A stretch of 64,000 nucleotides of DNA from an uncultured Chloroflexia bacterium (lineage in GTDB: Bacteria; Chloroflexota; Chloroflexia; QHBQ01; JADMIH01): assembly GCA_963797095.1 (NCBI GenBank), contig CAWCNY010000006.1, positions 928,001 to 992,000 on the forward strand. Direction: 5' to 3'. The position numbers and the translations under genes are program-made. Below are positions 19,301 to 28,647 of this stretch, piece after piece; position 1 is the first letter of the stretch; every line of letters begins with the position of its first letter. The notes under the pieces were generated by a model. It saw only the letters and a list, made by a program, of their open reading frames with translations, did not search any database and was not told the DNA's origin.

Positions 19301-19891
19301 CTATTGCAAATCTATTCCCGCCAACTCTGTATACACCGAGCCGCCAGGCCTGAGTTCGCTTTTCATCAAACTGACATGGTAGGCTGTGAAGGGCTTCCTC
19401 TCTATTGGCTTGTTCTCTTGCTGCTTCAGGGTCCGCGAAACCTTGTCCAATTCGTCGCGCCTAGCGGTGTCGCGCATTCTGCCAAGAGTCACGTGGGGTT
19501 GGAATAATTTGTCGGGCCTGTAACCCAACTTCTGTAGATGTTCCGCGATGCGGGCCTGCAGAGTCACAAGCCGCCCCGTATCCCCCTCCAGGCCGATCCA
19601 GAGCACGCGGGGGCGGGTAATGCCGGGGAAGGCTCCTATCCTTCCGAGGGCCAGCCCTACCTCCTTTTGCCCTGCACACCCTTCGCGCATCCCGTCTGCT
19701 ATTCGTGGGATCAACTCCTCGGGCACATCCCCCAGGAATTGCAGTGTGAGATGCGTGCCTTCTGGCCTCGACCAACGCACGGCTTCCGCCGCCCTGCCCA
19801 TCGCCGCCCGCAACACGTCTTGCCGGGCCGCCAGCAGGTCCCGCATTTCTTCAGGCAATTCAACCGCTATAAATGCACGCAATAAAGCCAT
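19301..19891 (-). CDS. thpR: RNA 2',3'-cyclic phosphodiesterase (2H family)
   Basis: RAFIA, HLTLQFLG and PHVTLGR HxT motifs, LMKSEL..GSVY. Confidence 0.92.
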   Translation of the reverse strand: MALLRAFIAVELPEEMRDLLAARQDVLRAAMGRAAEAVRWSRPEGTHLTLQFLGDVPEELIPRIADGMREGCAGQKEVGLALGRIGAFPGITRPRVLWIGLEGDTGRLVTLQARIAEHLQKLGYRPDKLFQPHVTLGRMRDTARRDELDKVSRTLKQQENKPIERKPFTAYHVSLMKSELRPGGSVYTELAGIDLQ

Positions 19892-19898
19892 AAACTCA

Positions 19899-19990
19899 TT
19901 TCGGATTTTAGATTTTGGATCTTTGGTTGCGTGTACCCTCCGATGCTCACCAAACCATACTAAATCCGCAATCCAAAATCTAAAATCGAA
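19899..19990. repeat. Inverted pair of heptamer (GATTTTA/GATTTTG) arrays
   Basis: tttcggattttagattttggat opposite aatccgcaatccaaaatctaaaatcgaa; overlaps the surE stop. Confidence 0.75.
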
Positions 19991-20738
19991 GGTCCCATGA
20001 CCGCAAGGTTTCGAGCAGGCTGTGGTTGGTCATATCGAGGTGGATGGGCGTGATTGACACGTAGCCATCGGCCACCGCTACCACATCCGTGCCTTGCTCT
20101 CCTTCGCTCCTGATGATATTGCCGCCGATCCAGTAGTAGGTACGCCCTCGTGGGTCCACGCCCTTGACCAATTGGTCCTCATAGATGCGCTTGCCCAGCG
20201 TCGTGATCTGCACTCCCTTGATCTCGTCGTAGCTCAGATTCGGGATATTCACGTTCAGCAGTATATCCTTAGCCAGTCCTCTCTCGGTGATCTGCTGCAC
20301 CAACCGCGACACAAACTGCGCGCCAACATCTACGGGCCAGATCGGCTCGTTCGCCATCGACACCGCGATAGACGGCAATCCTGAGATCACTCCCTCCATG
20401 GCGGCTGCCACCGTGCCCGAATAAGTGATATCGTCGCCCAGGTTGTTGCCCATGTTGATGCCCGACACCACCAGTTCGGGCGGCTGCTCAAGGAAACCGA
20501 GCACAGCCAGCGCCACACAATCTGCCGGTGCGCCATCCGACGAATAGGCCTTATACCCCTCGCCCATCGCCACCTCGGTCACGCGCAGGGGCCGGTCCAT
20601 GGTGCGGTTGTGCCCCGAAATCGACCAGTTTCGGTCGGGCGCGAGCACTGTCACTTCGTGCGCCGGCGCCAGCGCATCTGCGACTGCCTTCAGGCCGGGC
20701 GATTGGACGCCATCGTCGTTTGTAATGAGTATCCTCAA
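19980..20738 (-). CDS. surE: 5'/3'-nucleotidase SurE
   Basis: ILITNDDG, SGINMGNNLG..YSGTVAAA, DPRGRTYYW; likely TTG start at 20738. Confidence 0.95.
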   Translation of the reverse strand: MRILITNDDGVQSPGLKAVADALAPAHEVTVLAPDRNWSISGHNRTMDRPLRVTEVAMGEGYKAYSSDGAPADCVALAVLGFLEQPPELVVSGINMGNNLGDDITYSGTVAAAMEGVISGLPSIAVSMANEPIWPVDVGAQFVSRLVQQITERGLAKDILLNVNIPNLSYDEIKGVQITTLGKRIYEDQLVKGVDPRGRTYYWIGGNIIRSEGEQGTDVVAVADGYVSITPIHLDMTNHSLLETLRSWDLRF

Positions 20739-20742
20739 CTGG

Positions 20743-22275
20743 TCACAATCGCTTCCAACGCACACCCTGCGGGGTATCCTCGATCTCTATGCCTGCCTCG
20801 CGCAGTTGCGCCCGCAACTCATCGGCGCGCTTCCACTCTTTGTTCTTGCGGGCTTCCTGCCTCGCGTCCACAAGCTCCTGCAACTCGGGCGGCAACTTGT
20901 CCTCAAGCCTCTGGCGGGCGGTCTCCTCAAGCCTCAATCCAAGCACGCGGTCCCAATCGAACAGCGTAGGCAAGACTGCTCTCTGCTCGCCGCGCCTGTT
21001 AGCCTCCTTGATCAAGTCGTGTACCGCCGCCAGCGCACCCGGCATGTTCAGGTCGTCGTCAATCGACGATAGGAAGCGCTCCTTGTAAGCCTCTTGCCAG
21101 CTTTGATCTCCCGTTCCGAGAGCATCGTCGCCCAATTGCATAGCGTTGGTCACGAAATCGTACAGCCCTTCCAACGCATTTGCGGCGGCGTCCATCGATT
21201 CGTCGGTGTAGTTCAGTTGAGCGCGATACTTGGCCGTGAAGCAGAAATACCTGTAGGCGAGCGGGTTGTATCCCTTATCAACCAGGCTCTGGAGCGTCAG
21301 GAACCCTCCGCCGCCCCTGTTGAGCGGCGTTATCCCCTCACCCATATCGCGATTACCGCTTTCGCTCGCCGCGCCTTTGCTCTTGCTCATCTTGCCCGCG
21401 TTGATCAGCAGGAACTCCGAGTGCATCCAGTAGCGCACGAACAACTTGCCTGTGCACCCTTCCGACTGCGCGATCTCGTTCTCGTGGTGGATTGGTATGT
21501 GGTCTACCCCGCCGGTGTGTATATCTAACGTCTCGCCCAGGTACTTCATCGACATAGCCGAGCACTCTATATGCCAGCCCGGATACCCCTCGCCCCACGG
21601 CGAAGGCCATCGCATGGCGTGGGTCGCATCGGCCCGCTTCCAGAGCGCGAAGTCGGCGGGGTTGCGCTTCTCGGTGTTCACCTCCACGCGTGCCCCGGCC
21701 TCCTGCTCCTCCAGGCTCTGCCTCGAAAGCTCACCGTACTTGGGAAAGGTCGAAACGTCGTAATAGACCCCGTCCTTGATTACATAGGCGTGCCCGTTCT
21801 CGACCAGGCATCGTATCAATGCAATCATGTCCTGAATGTGGTCGGTAGCGGGCGTCAGGATGTCGGGTCTCTTGATGTTGAGGCGCTCCATGTCCAGCAA
21901 GAATGCATCGGTGTAGAACTTGGCGATCTCCCACACCGACTTCCCCTCGCGCCTCATCGCCTTGATCATCTTGTCCTCGCCCTCGTCCGCGTCCGAGGTG
22001 AGGTGCCCCACGTCCGTGATATTCATCACCTGGGTGACATCGTAGCCATTGTACCGGAGGGTGCGCACCAGCACATCCTCGAAAATGAACGTCTTGAAGT
22101 TGCCGATATGCTGGAAGTTGTACACCGTCGGCCCGCAGGTATAAAGCCCAACCTTGCCAGGTGTCAACGGCACGAACACATCTTTTTCGTGTGTCAGCGT
22201 GTTATATAAAAGAATCTTATTTGCAGGATCTTGCAACGCGTCCCTCCATGCCCCTGATTGGTATGATTCTCCCAT
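20743..22275 (-). CDS. cysS: Cysteine--tRNA ligase
   Basis: YTCGPTVY..HIGN, PGWHIECSAMS, HHENEIAQ, KMSKS; likely start MGESYQ. Confidence 0.97.
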   Translation of the reverse strand: MGESYQSGAWRDALQDPANKILLYNTLTHEKDVFVPLTPGKVGLYTCGPTVYNFQHIGNFKTFIFEDVLVRTLRYNGYDVTQVMNITDVGHLTSDADEGEDKMIKAMRREGKSVWEIAKFYTDAFLLDMERLNIKRPDILTPATDHIQDMIALIRCLVENGHAYVIKDGVYYDVSTFPKYGELSRQSLEEQEAGARVEVNTEKRNPADFALWKRADATHAMRWPSPWGEGYPGWHIECSAMSMKYLGETLDIHTGGVDHIPIHHENEIAQSEGCTGKLFVRYWMHSEFLLINAGKMSKSKGAASESGNRDMGEGITPLNRGGGGFLTLQSLVDKGYNPLAYRYFCFTAKYRAQLNYTDESMDAAANALEGLYDFVTNAMQLGDDALGTGDQSWQEAYKERFLSSIDDDLNMPGALAAVHDLIKEANRRGEQRAVLPTLFDWDRVLGLRLEETARQRLEDKLPPELQELVDARQEARKNKEWKRADELRAQLREAGIEIEDTPQGVRWKRL

Positions 22276-22340
22276 GTTATATGATAACATTCATTATACC
22301 GTATGCGCTGAGAAGCTGAGAAGCTGAGTAGCCGCCCAGC

Positions 22341-22817
22341 GTGGAGGACCCCGTGCCAGACAGCCCGAACCGACAGCCGCCCAAGCCCGCGAGCAGGCCC
22401 GTTCCTGCTTCACGGCCACGGCCTCTTATAGTGCCTCCCCCGCCCGTACAGCGCCCCCTCGGCATCACGATCCTCGCCATACTAAACTTCGTGCTGGCGA
22501 CCCTTTTCCTGGCGCTGATCGCGCTCACCCTCGCCAACTCTGCCGACGGCAGCTACACCCTCGCCTGCCTTGCTATCCTGCCTGTGGCGATCAGTACAGG
22601 CCTTGGCGTGGCCCTCTGGCGCATGCTCCCCTGGGCGCGTAACACCGCCATCGTGCTCTATGTGGTCTACGCCTTCTCAGCCCTCCTCAACATCTTCTCG
22701 CGCCCCGTCACCATCAGCGATATAGCAGGCATCCTGATCCCGGCAGTAATAGTGGCATACCTGTTGCAACCCTCCGTCCGAGAAGCCTTTGAGCGCAACG
22801 CCAATGTGCCGACGTGA
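22341..22817 (+). CDS. Small 4-TM membrane protein
   Basis: Pro-rich N-terminus, RPLGITILA, LWRMLPWAR, YLLQPSVREAF. Confidence 0.6.
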   Translation: MEDPVPDSPNRQPPKPASRPVPASRPRPLIVPPPPVQRPLGITILAILNFVLATLFLALIALTLANSADGSYTLACLAILPVAISTGLGVALWRMLPWARNTAIVLYVVYAFSALLNIFSRPVTISDIAGILIPAVIVAYLLQPSVREAFERNANVPT

Positions 22818-22825
22818 TCCAATCA

Positions 22826-22925
22826 GGTAGCCGGTAGCCGGTAGTCAGAGAACTATGGACAATATACGCAACCAGGAACCAGGAACTTCTGACTACCGGC
22901 TACCGGCTACCGGCTACCGGCTACC
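22826..22925. repeat. Inverted pair of heptamer (CTACCGG) arrays
   Basis: ggtagccggtagccggtagtcaga (22826-22849) is the perfect reverse complement of tctgactaccggctaccggctacc (from 22888); AACCAGG repeats lie in the loop. Confidence 0.9.
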
Positions 22926-22936
22926 AACCCAACAAA

Positions 22937-25115
22937 ATGACCGCCCGCAAACGTACCGACGCCGAACCACCCATCGAGATCACCCCACCCGAGGACGAAG
23001 CAGAGTCCTCGGGGCAAGCGCGCTATGACTATGGCGGCCTCGGCACCGTGATCGCACGCGAGGTGGCGATCCAGGCCCGTCGCGACCGCGCTCGCCGCGA
23101 GTTCTTCCGCATTGAGCACACCTCGCCAGAAACCCCCGGTAATCCCGAAAGCAAGTTCCTCGGCCTCTACAGGATCACAGGCGAGAGCAGCATCCCCTAT
23201 GACGTGCTGATCCGCGACCCCAACCCTGAGCACTTCGTCAATCGCTGCTCCTGCCCCGACTACGAGCAAAACAACCTTGGCACCTGCAAGCACGTCGAGG
23301 CGGTGATGGCCCACATCCGCCGCAAGCACGCGCCCCAGATCCGCGCCGCCAAACCGCGTCTGCTCGAAGTCAACCGCCTCACCGTCTACATCACGCTCCG
23401 CTACGTCGGCGACGGCTCATGGACCGCCGCCCCGGTGTACGACCACGCCCTGGATCCCGGCCTCCTGCGCCTTGTCAACCACTACCTGATGCCCTACCTC
23501 CACCTCCTTGAGGACGACCCACCCCGCTTCCTCGACCGTCTGAATCGCTTCCTGGAGGAAGTGCAGGACTTCGGCGGCACCGCCATAGTGGAGCCGGAGG
23601 TGTACGACTACACGGAGACCGCCCGCGGTCGCTCCGAGCGCGACGCCCGCCGCCGCGAGCTTATGTCGGCTGTAGAGGCAGGGCAAGCTCGTCTCGACCT
23701 CCTCAACCTCCCCCTCTACCCCTATCAGGCCGTGGGCACTCTCTTCCTTGCCTTTACCGAGCGCGCTCTCCTCGCCGACGACATGGGACTTGGGAAAACC
23801 GTCGAGGCGTTGGCGGCGGCTCATCTCCTGAAAGAATGGCACGACATCAAGAAGGTGCTGGTGGTCACGCCCGCCTCCGTCAAGTTCCAGTGGGGCCGCG
23901 AGATTCGAGCGATTCACAGGCGATAGCTACGTGGTGGTCGGTGGTACCAAGCAGAAGCGCGCCAAACAATACGAGCAAGACTCCTTCTTCACCGTCATCA
24001 ACTACGAATTGGTGCTGCGCGACCTCGAACACCTGCACGCCCTCAAACCCGACCTCGTGATCCTCGATGAAGCGCAGCGCATCAAGAACTGGCGCGCCAA
24101 GACCAGCCAGGCCCTCAAAGACCTCCCCCGTCCCTTCGCCTTCGTCCTTACGGGCACTCCCCTCGAAAACCGCCTGGAAGAGCTCTACTCCATCGTCGAA
24201 TTCCTCGACGACCGCCTGCTTGGCCCGCCCTGGCAGTTTATGGCACGCCATATTATCAAGGACGAGTGGGGCGGCATCATCGGCTACCGCGACCTCGAAG
24301 GCGTGCGCCGCGCCATCGCCCCCATTCTCCTGCGACGTCGCAAGGCCGATGTGCTCCAGCAACTCCCTGAGCGCATCGACAACGATTTCTGGCTCGACAT
24401 GGAGACCGAGCAGGAGCGCCTCTATCGCCCCCTCGAAAAAGACCTCAATGAGCTACTCCGCATGCCCGAATGGAACGCTCAGCACAGCGCCCTAGCTCTC
24501 TCCCTCCTTACCAAGCTGCGCGAGTGCGCCACCGCCGCCCAGCTTGCCGACCCCTCTGTGCGCTCCTCCGGCAAGCTCCGCGAGTTGCCCGCCCTCGTAA
24601 CCGAGATAGCCGCTGAGGGCCACAAGATGCTCATCTTCTCGCAATGGGAGCGCATGACCCGCTATGCCCAGGCCGCTATCGAGGGTACAGGCATCAAGAG
24701 CGTGCGCCTGCACGGTGGCCTCCCCATGCGCGAGCGCGCCCGCATCATCGAGCAGTTTATGACCGATCCCTCCGTTCAAGCCTTCATCTCGACCGATGCG
24801 GGCGGCCTCGGCCTCAACCTGCAGGCCGCCTCCTTCGTGATCAACCTCGACCTCCCCTGGAACCCGGCCAGAGTAGAGCAGCGCATAGGCCGCGCCCACC
24901 GCATCGGCCAGACCCAGCCCGTGAACGTGATCAACATGATCGCCATCAAGACGGTCGAACAGCGCGTGCTTGAGATCCTCTACCGCAAACAGGAGCTATT
25001 CGAGGAGATACTCGATGTAGAGCTAGACCCCGAAACAGGCACCCTCAAAACCGACGTCGACTTGCCCGCCGACCGCCTCAGGCGTATAGTGGAGATGTTG
25101 CTAGAGAAAGGATAG
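22937..25115 (+). pseudogene. SWIM zinc finger + SNF2-family helicase with a +1 frameshift near 23905 (possibly sequencing error)
   Basis: CSCPD...CKH, LADDMGLGKT, DEAQ, LTGTPLEN, GLGLNL, WNPARVEQRIGRAHRIGQ; removing one base from gagattcgagcga restores EIERFTG and joins the two ORFs. Confidence 0.85.
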
Positions 25116-25121
25116 ATAACT

Positions 25122-25712
25122 ATGCCTAAGTGGTCCCTCAAGGGGATATTTTCCCGATCTGATACAAACTCGCAGGCCCAGGACAACTCCGATGGCGAAC
25201 TAATCGAAGACGATACCGAAACCCCCGGTGATCTGAGCATGCCCGGCATGGCGGTCAGCCCCCTCGCCATGATGGACGAGCGCAGGCCCGAGGCGTGGCT
25301 AGGCAACTTTCTGGCGATCACCGGCGCGCCTCCCGCCCTCAACTATTCAACGATCGCCGCCGCCCAGCAAGACCAACAATTACGAGCACACCTGCAAGAG
25401 ATCTGGGAGCAGGCGATGGAGCATTCCCCCGCCAGCATGCTTGATTCCAAATATGCCGACGCCCTCAAAGCGAAGGATTGGGCGGCCTGGTGGCGCGGTC
25501 AGGAAGCGTTAGGCAGATATGCTTATTCCATACTCGCCCTCGCCCTTCTTGGTGACCGCTCCCACAACGCCGAGCTTGCCGACCTCTACAGGCAGGATGG
25601 CAACTCACGCATCAAAAAGGACGCTCACTACACCCTGACCTACATCCTAGGCAAAAGCTGGCCCGCCTACACCCCCACCGAAGCCGACCTGTCCCGCCTG
25701 ACATCTTCATAA
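25122..25712 (+). CDS. Hypothetical protein, probably co-transcribed with the SNF2 gene
   Basis: ATG 6 nt after the helicase stop with AAGGA upstream; 196 aa, helical HEAT-like C-terminus. Confidence 0.65.
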   Translation: MPKWSLKGIFSRSDTNSQAQDNSDGELIEDDTETPGDLSMPGMAVSPLAMMDERRPEAWLGNFLAITGAPPALNYSTIAAAQQDQQLRAHLQEIWEQAMEHSPASMLDSKYADALKAKDWAAWWRGQEALGRYAYSILALALLGDRSHNAELADLYRQDGNSRIKKDAHYTLTYILGKSWPAYTPTEADLSRLTSS

Positions 25713-25786
25713 TCTTTCACAAAGATCTTGAAACATTCCTCCCTGGAGTGTCACATGTAGGTTCGCAAGTACGCAATCAATTTCAA

Positions 25787-25960
25787 AACATGAAATATCC
25801 CGAACTTTAGATTCAGCTTTGCAGGCATACAATCTGGTTCTAAAATAGCCAAAATGGCGGCGAAGCCGCCATTTTGGCTATTTTAGAAGGCCCCTCCCCA
25901 ATTTGGAGTGGGGTTGGGGTGGGGTCGTCGATCGTACTCGCGCTAGTTTGCGGATGCTCT
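25787..25960. repeat. Dispersed palindromic repeat family A, copy 2
   Basis: 24-bp perfect stem 25838-25888 followed by ggcccctccccaatttggagtggggttggggtggggtc. Confidence 0.75.
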
Positions 25961-25977
25961 CATCGAAAAACCGTACC

Positions 25978-26091
25978 AAAGTACACCCCAAGACCTGTCC
26001 CGTTTTGTCCCACCAATGCCCTACAGTTAATGAGGGCAAGAATAGTTACCCTTTCAAACAAGGATCTCAAAACCCGCAAAAAAGGATCAAA
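25978..26091 (+). repeat. Dispersed repeat family B, copy 1
   Basis: aaagtacaccccaagacctgtcccgttttgtcccaccaatgccctacagttaatgagggcaag; matches 53401-53490 and the reverse complement of 36623-36772. Confidence 0.85.
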
Positions 26092-26110
26092 AGAGGATGT
26101 AATGGTGCCT

Positions 26111-26452
26111 CTATGTCTGCTCGCCGCCCTCCGGCCCGTAGAACACCACCCAGCACACAAAATCGGAGGTGAATTGCATAAACCTGTGCTCAACGCCCGC
26201 AGCCACGAACAGCACATCGCCCGGCCCAAAATCGTAGGGCGTGCCGTCCGACACGAACTCCCCGCTGCCGCTCACCACGATATAAAGCTCGTCCTGCGTA
26301 TGCGGCGTCTGGGAATCGGTCTCCTTCGGCGCGAAGATCTCCACCGACATCGTGCCATGCGACAGCACCTCCGCATCCCAAACGCCAAGCTTCCACTTCT
26401 CGTTAGCGGGCAAAGGCAGCTTAGCAAGCGCTTCAGCGACAGTAGCCCTCAT
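26111..26452 (-). CDS. Cupin domain protein
   Basis: QTPHTQDELYIVVSGSG and GDVLFVAAGVEHRF motifs; GGAGG upstream. Confidence 0.9.
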   Translation of the reverse strand: MRATVAEALAKLPLPANEKWKLGVWDAEVLSHGTMSVEIFAPKETDSQTPHTQDELYIVVSGSGEFVSDGTPYDFGPGDVLFVAAGVEHRFMQFTSDFVCWVVFYGPEGGEQT

Positions 26453-26495
26453 AACTATCCTCCAGGGAGGTCGATAACTGATGTTGAGATCCTAT

Positions 26496-26527
26496 TACTC
26501 GCTACTCACTACTCGCTACTCGTCACT
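26496..26527. repeat. Heptamer (TACTCGC) array
   Basis: tactcgctactcactactcgctactcgtcact across the peptidase stop. Confidence 0.75.
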
Positions 26528-28519
26528 AATCGTAACCGTGTAATTTGCTATCTCCGTAGTCTTCGGTGCAAGCGGGGCAATCACCAGGATCGCCTCTCTC
26601 GTGTTCGTGCCGCTTCCTATACCCGAAACATCGAGCGATCCGGTGCCATCCTGAGACACATCCATCACGCGCACGCGGTTCACCCCGCCCGCACCCTTCT
26701 CTATCAGAGCCACAAACCACTTCTCAGGCACGCGGCTGCCGATCCTGAGCCACCCCTCCGCTTCCCAGTCGCGGCTAACCTCGGCGTCGTCGCTCCAACC
26801 GATCTCCGGGATGCTCAGATCATCGATTGCCAGGCCCGGCCTGTTATACCCTTCGTCCGTGATATACTCGAACCTCACAAGCACGCGCTTGCCCCCGAAG
26901 TTGCTCAGGTCAACCGATTCTTGCACCCAGGTGGGCGTTCCCTTGCCGCTGCCGTTAGTGGCCGCTCCGCTCACCCCCGTCCAGCCAGGTCCGTAGCTTG
27001 CGCCGTTGGGGTTGTCAGTCGTGGTGTACTTACCCTGCAACGGCGTCCACGTAGCGCCGCCATCCGTGGAGGCCTCTATGTACCCGTAGTCGAACATCAA
27101 CTCGATATCGTACCATGTCCAGAACTTGAGAGTGGCCCTCCGCGTGGTGGTCAGGTCGAACTCTCTGGTGAGGGTGGCATCGCCCAAATCACGCCTGTTC
27201 GAGTACCAGAACGCCGACCCGCTGTGAGGCTCGGCCCCGATCACCCGCACCGTATCATCTCCCTTGAACGAAATGGTCGCATCCTGCGTCGTCCCAGAAA
27301 GGCGGATGTAATCGGCGGCGTACTGGTGTACGGTATCGTTCCTGGTAGCCGGGTAGCTGCTGATCGTCCTGCCCGGTGACACCCTCCCGCCTGCCGAGTA
27401 TGAGTATCGTCCATCCGCCGGCCTATTGTCGTTCAGCACGTTGGCGATGGTCCAGTCTTTGAAAGCATCATCAAATCCGACCGGATACCCCGATGCAGCA
27501 AGCGCCTCATCGAATCCCGCCGGGCCTAGTCTATCGCTAGCCAGCAGTTTGCCGAGGAACCTTTCACCCCCAAAGTGGTCCATCGTGTATCTCAGGAACA
27601 AATAGCTCGCGCCGTAGTGCTGTATCGCTTTCGATGTATCGTCCCAGGCGTTCAACTGCGTATCAGGCGTTATAGCAAAGGAAACATCTGCCCCGCCCGG
27701 ATCGTACCCGTTGAGGAACATCGCGACCTCCGAGCTACCCTCATCGAGCCATACCTCGCGGTCGCGCTGTACGTTCCAGTGGATCATGTGCTGGAACTCG
27801 TGCGCCAGAGTCGCCATGAAGTAGTTATCGGGGTCTGCCGGGTCGCCCTTCGGCACGCTCGCCAGGTAGATCATATCTCGCTCGTTGCTGAACGGGTTCA
27901 CGATCTTCGGGTAGGCATCGGCGTTGGAAAAATAGCCGCCAACCCCCGGCACAGGCGCGATCAGCACCGTTAGGTGCTTGTCGTTGTCGACGCCTGGATC
28001 GGCTTCCGGCCCGAACACCTGCCTGTCCTTGATGTAAATATGGCTCTCGAAGTAGTTCGCCGCGCTTTGCAACGCCGGCCCGTTGACGTTGTACCCATCC
28101 TTCACATACCAGTAAGCATGCGGCGTCACAAACCAGATAGTAGCCGTGGCCGTGAAATACGACCGCTTCGTAATGTCCGCGATGTTAAACGTATGCTTTG
28201 TGCCTACATCGTAATTTGGCGGCGTGGCGTTTACTACGCTTGGGATTGGGGTGTCATCCTTTAGCCGCAACCGTTGCGTAAGTGTAATCAGGTCTCGTCC
28301 CGGCGCATCGGTGTCAGCGAGCAGGCTCGCGGTCTGTGTCAGGCTGAACGTTGGGCTTGCAGGAGTATCCAATGACGAACTGAGTGGCGCGGTCACTCCC
28401 GTGATGCGCGTACCGGTTTGATCCAGCAACCGCTCTTGCTCGTGCAGCATTTCGTTGTGTTGCGCAAACAAAACCCCTGCCAGGATCAGCAGGGCCGCCA
28501 GAAAGTTCGATCTGTGCAT
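26516..28519 (-). CDS. Secreted metallopeptidase (M30/M6 immune inhibitor A-like)
   Basis: TLAHEFQHMIH, WLDEGSSE, InhA-like beta domain WYDIE..DYGYIEASTDGG...RFEYITD; start 28519 follows TATAAT-catctc (leaderless). Confidence 0.8.
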   Translation of the reverse strand: MHRSNFLAALLILAGVLFAQHNEMLHEQERLLDQTGTRITGVTAPLSSSLDTPASPTFSLTQTASLLADTDAPGRDLITLTQRLRLKDDTPIPSVVNATPPNYDVGTKHTFNIADITKRSYFTATATIWFVTPHAYWYVKDGYNVNGPALQSAANYFESHIYIKDRQVFGPEADPGVDNDKHLTVLIAPVPGVGGYFSNADAYPKIVNPFSNERDMIYLASVPKGDPADPDNYFMATLAHEFQHMIHWNVQRDREVWLDEGSSEVAMFLNGYDPGGADVSFAITPDTQLNAWDDTSKAIQHYGASYLFLRYTMDHFGGERFLGKLLASDRLGPAGFDEALAASGYPVGFDDAFKDWTIANVLNDNRPADGRYSYSAGGRVSPGRTISSYPATRNDTVHQYAADYIRLSGTTQDATISFKGDDTVRVIGAEPHSGSAFWYSNRRDLGDATLTREFDLTTTRRATLKFWTWYDIELMFDYGYIEASTDGGATWTPLQGKYTTTDNPNGASYGPGWTGVSGAATNGSGKGTPTWVQESVDLSNFGGKRVLVRFEYITDEGYNRPGLAIDDLSIPEIGWSDDAEVSRDWEAEGWLRIGSRVPEKWFVALIEKGAGGVNRVRVMDVSQDGTGSLDVSGIGSGTNTREAILVIAPLAPKTTEIANYTVTISDE

Positions 28520-28647
28520 GAGATGATTATACTTCATCCCCAACCTTCTGATCGCTATGCTATAATGGCATAGCTTGAGGCTCCGCACCGCCTCAATGTG
28601 CTTCTCTGACCTACTCTAAACTCCTCTTTGATGTGGAGGGTAACTAA

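Noticed and set aside
18614-19507. 297-aa plus-strand ORF
   Set aside because: Reverse-frame mirror of the WD40 lipoprotein and thpR
22276-22340. T-box leader for cysS
   Set aside because: The intergenic space is only about 65 bp and has no T-box consensus
22826-22925. Tandem arrays as possible CRISPR
   Set aside because: Units are 7 bp and contiguous, with no 23-47 bp repeats separated by unique spacers and no cas genes in the window
25874-27379. 501-aa plus-strand ORF
   Set aside because: Antisense shadow of the cupin and peptidase genes; starts inside repeat DNA; Arg/His-rich with no motif
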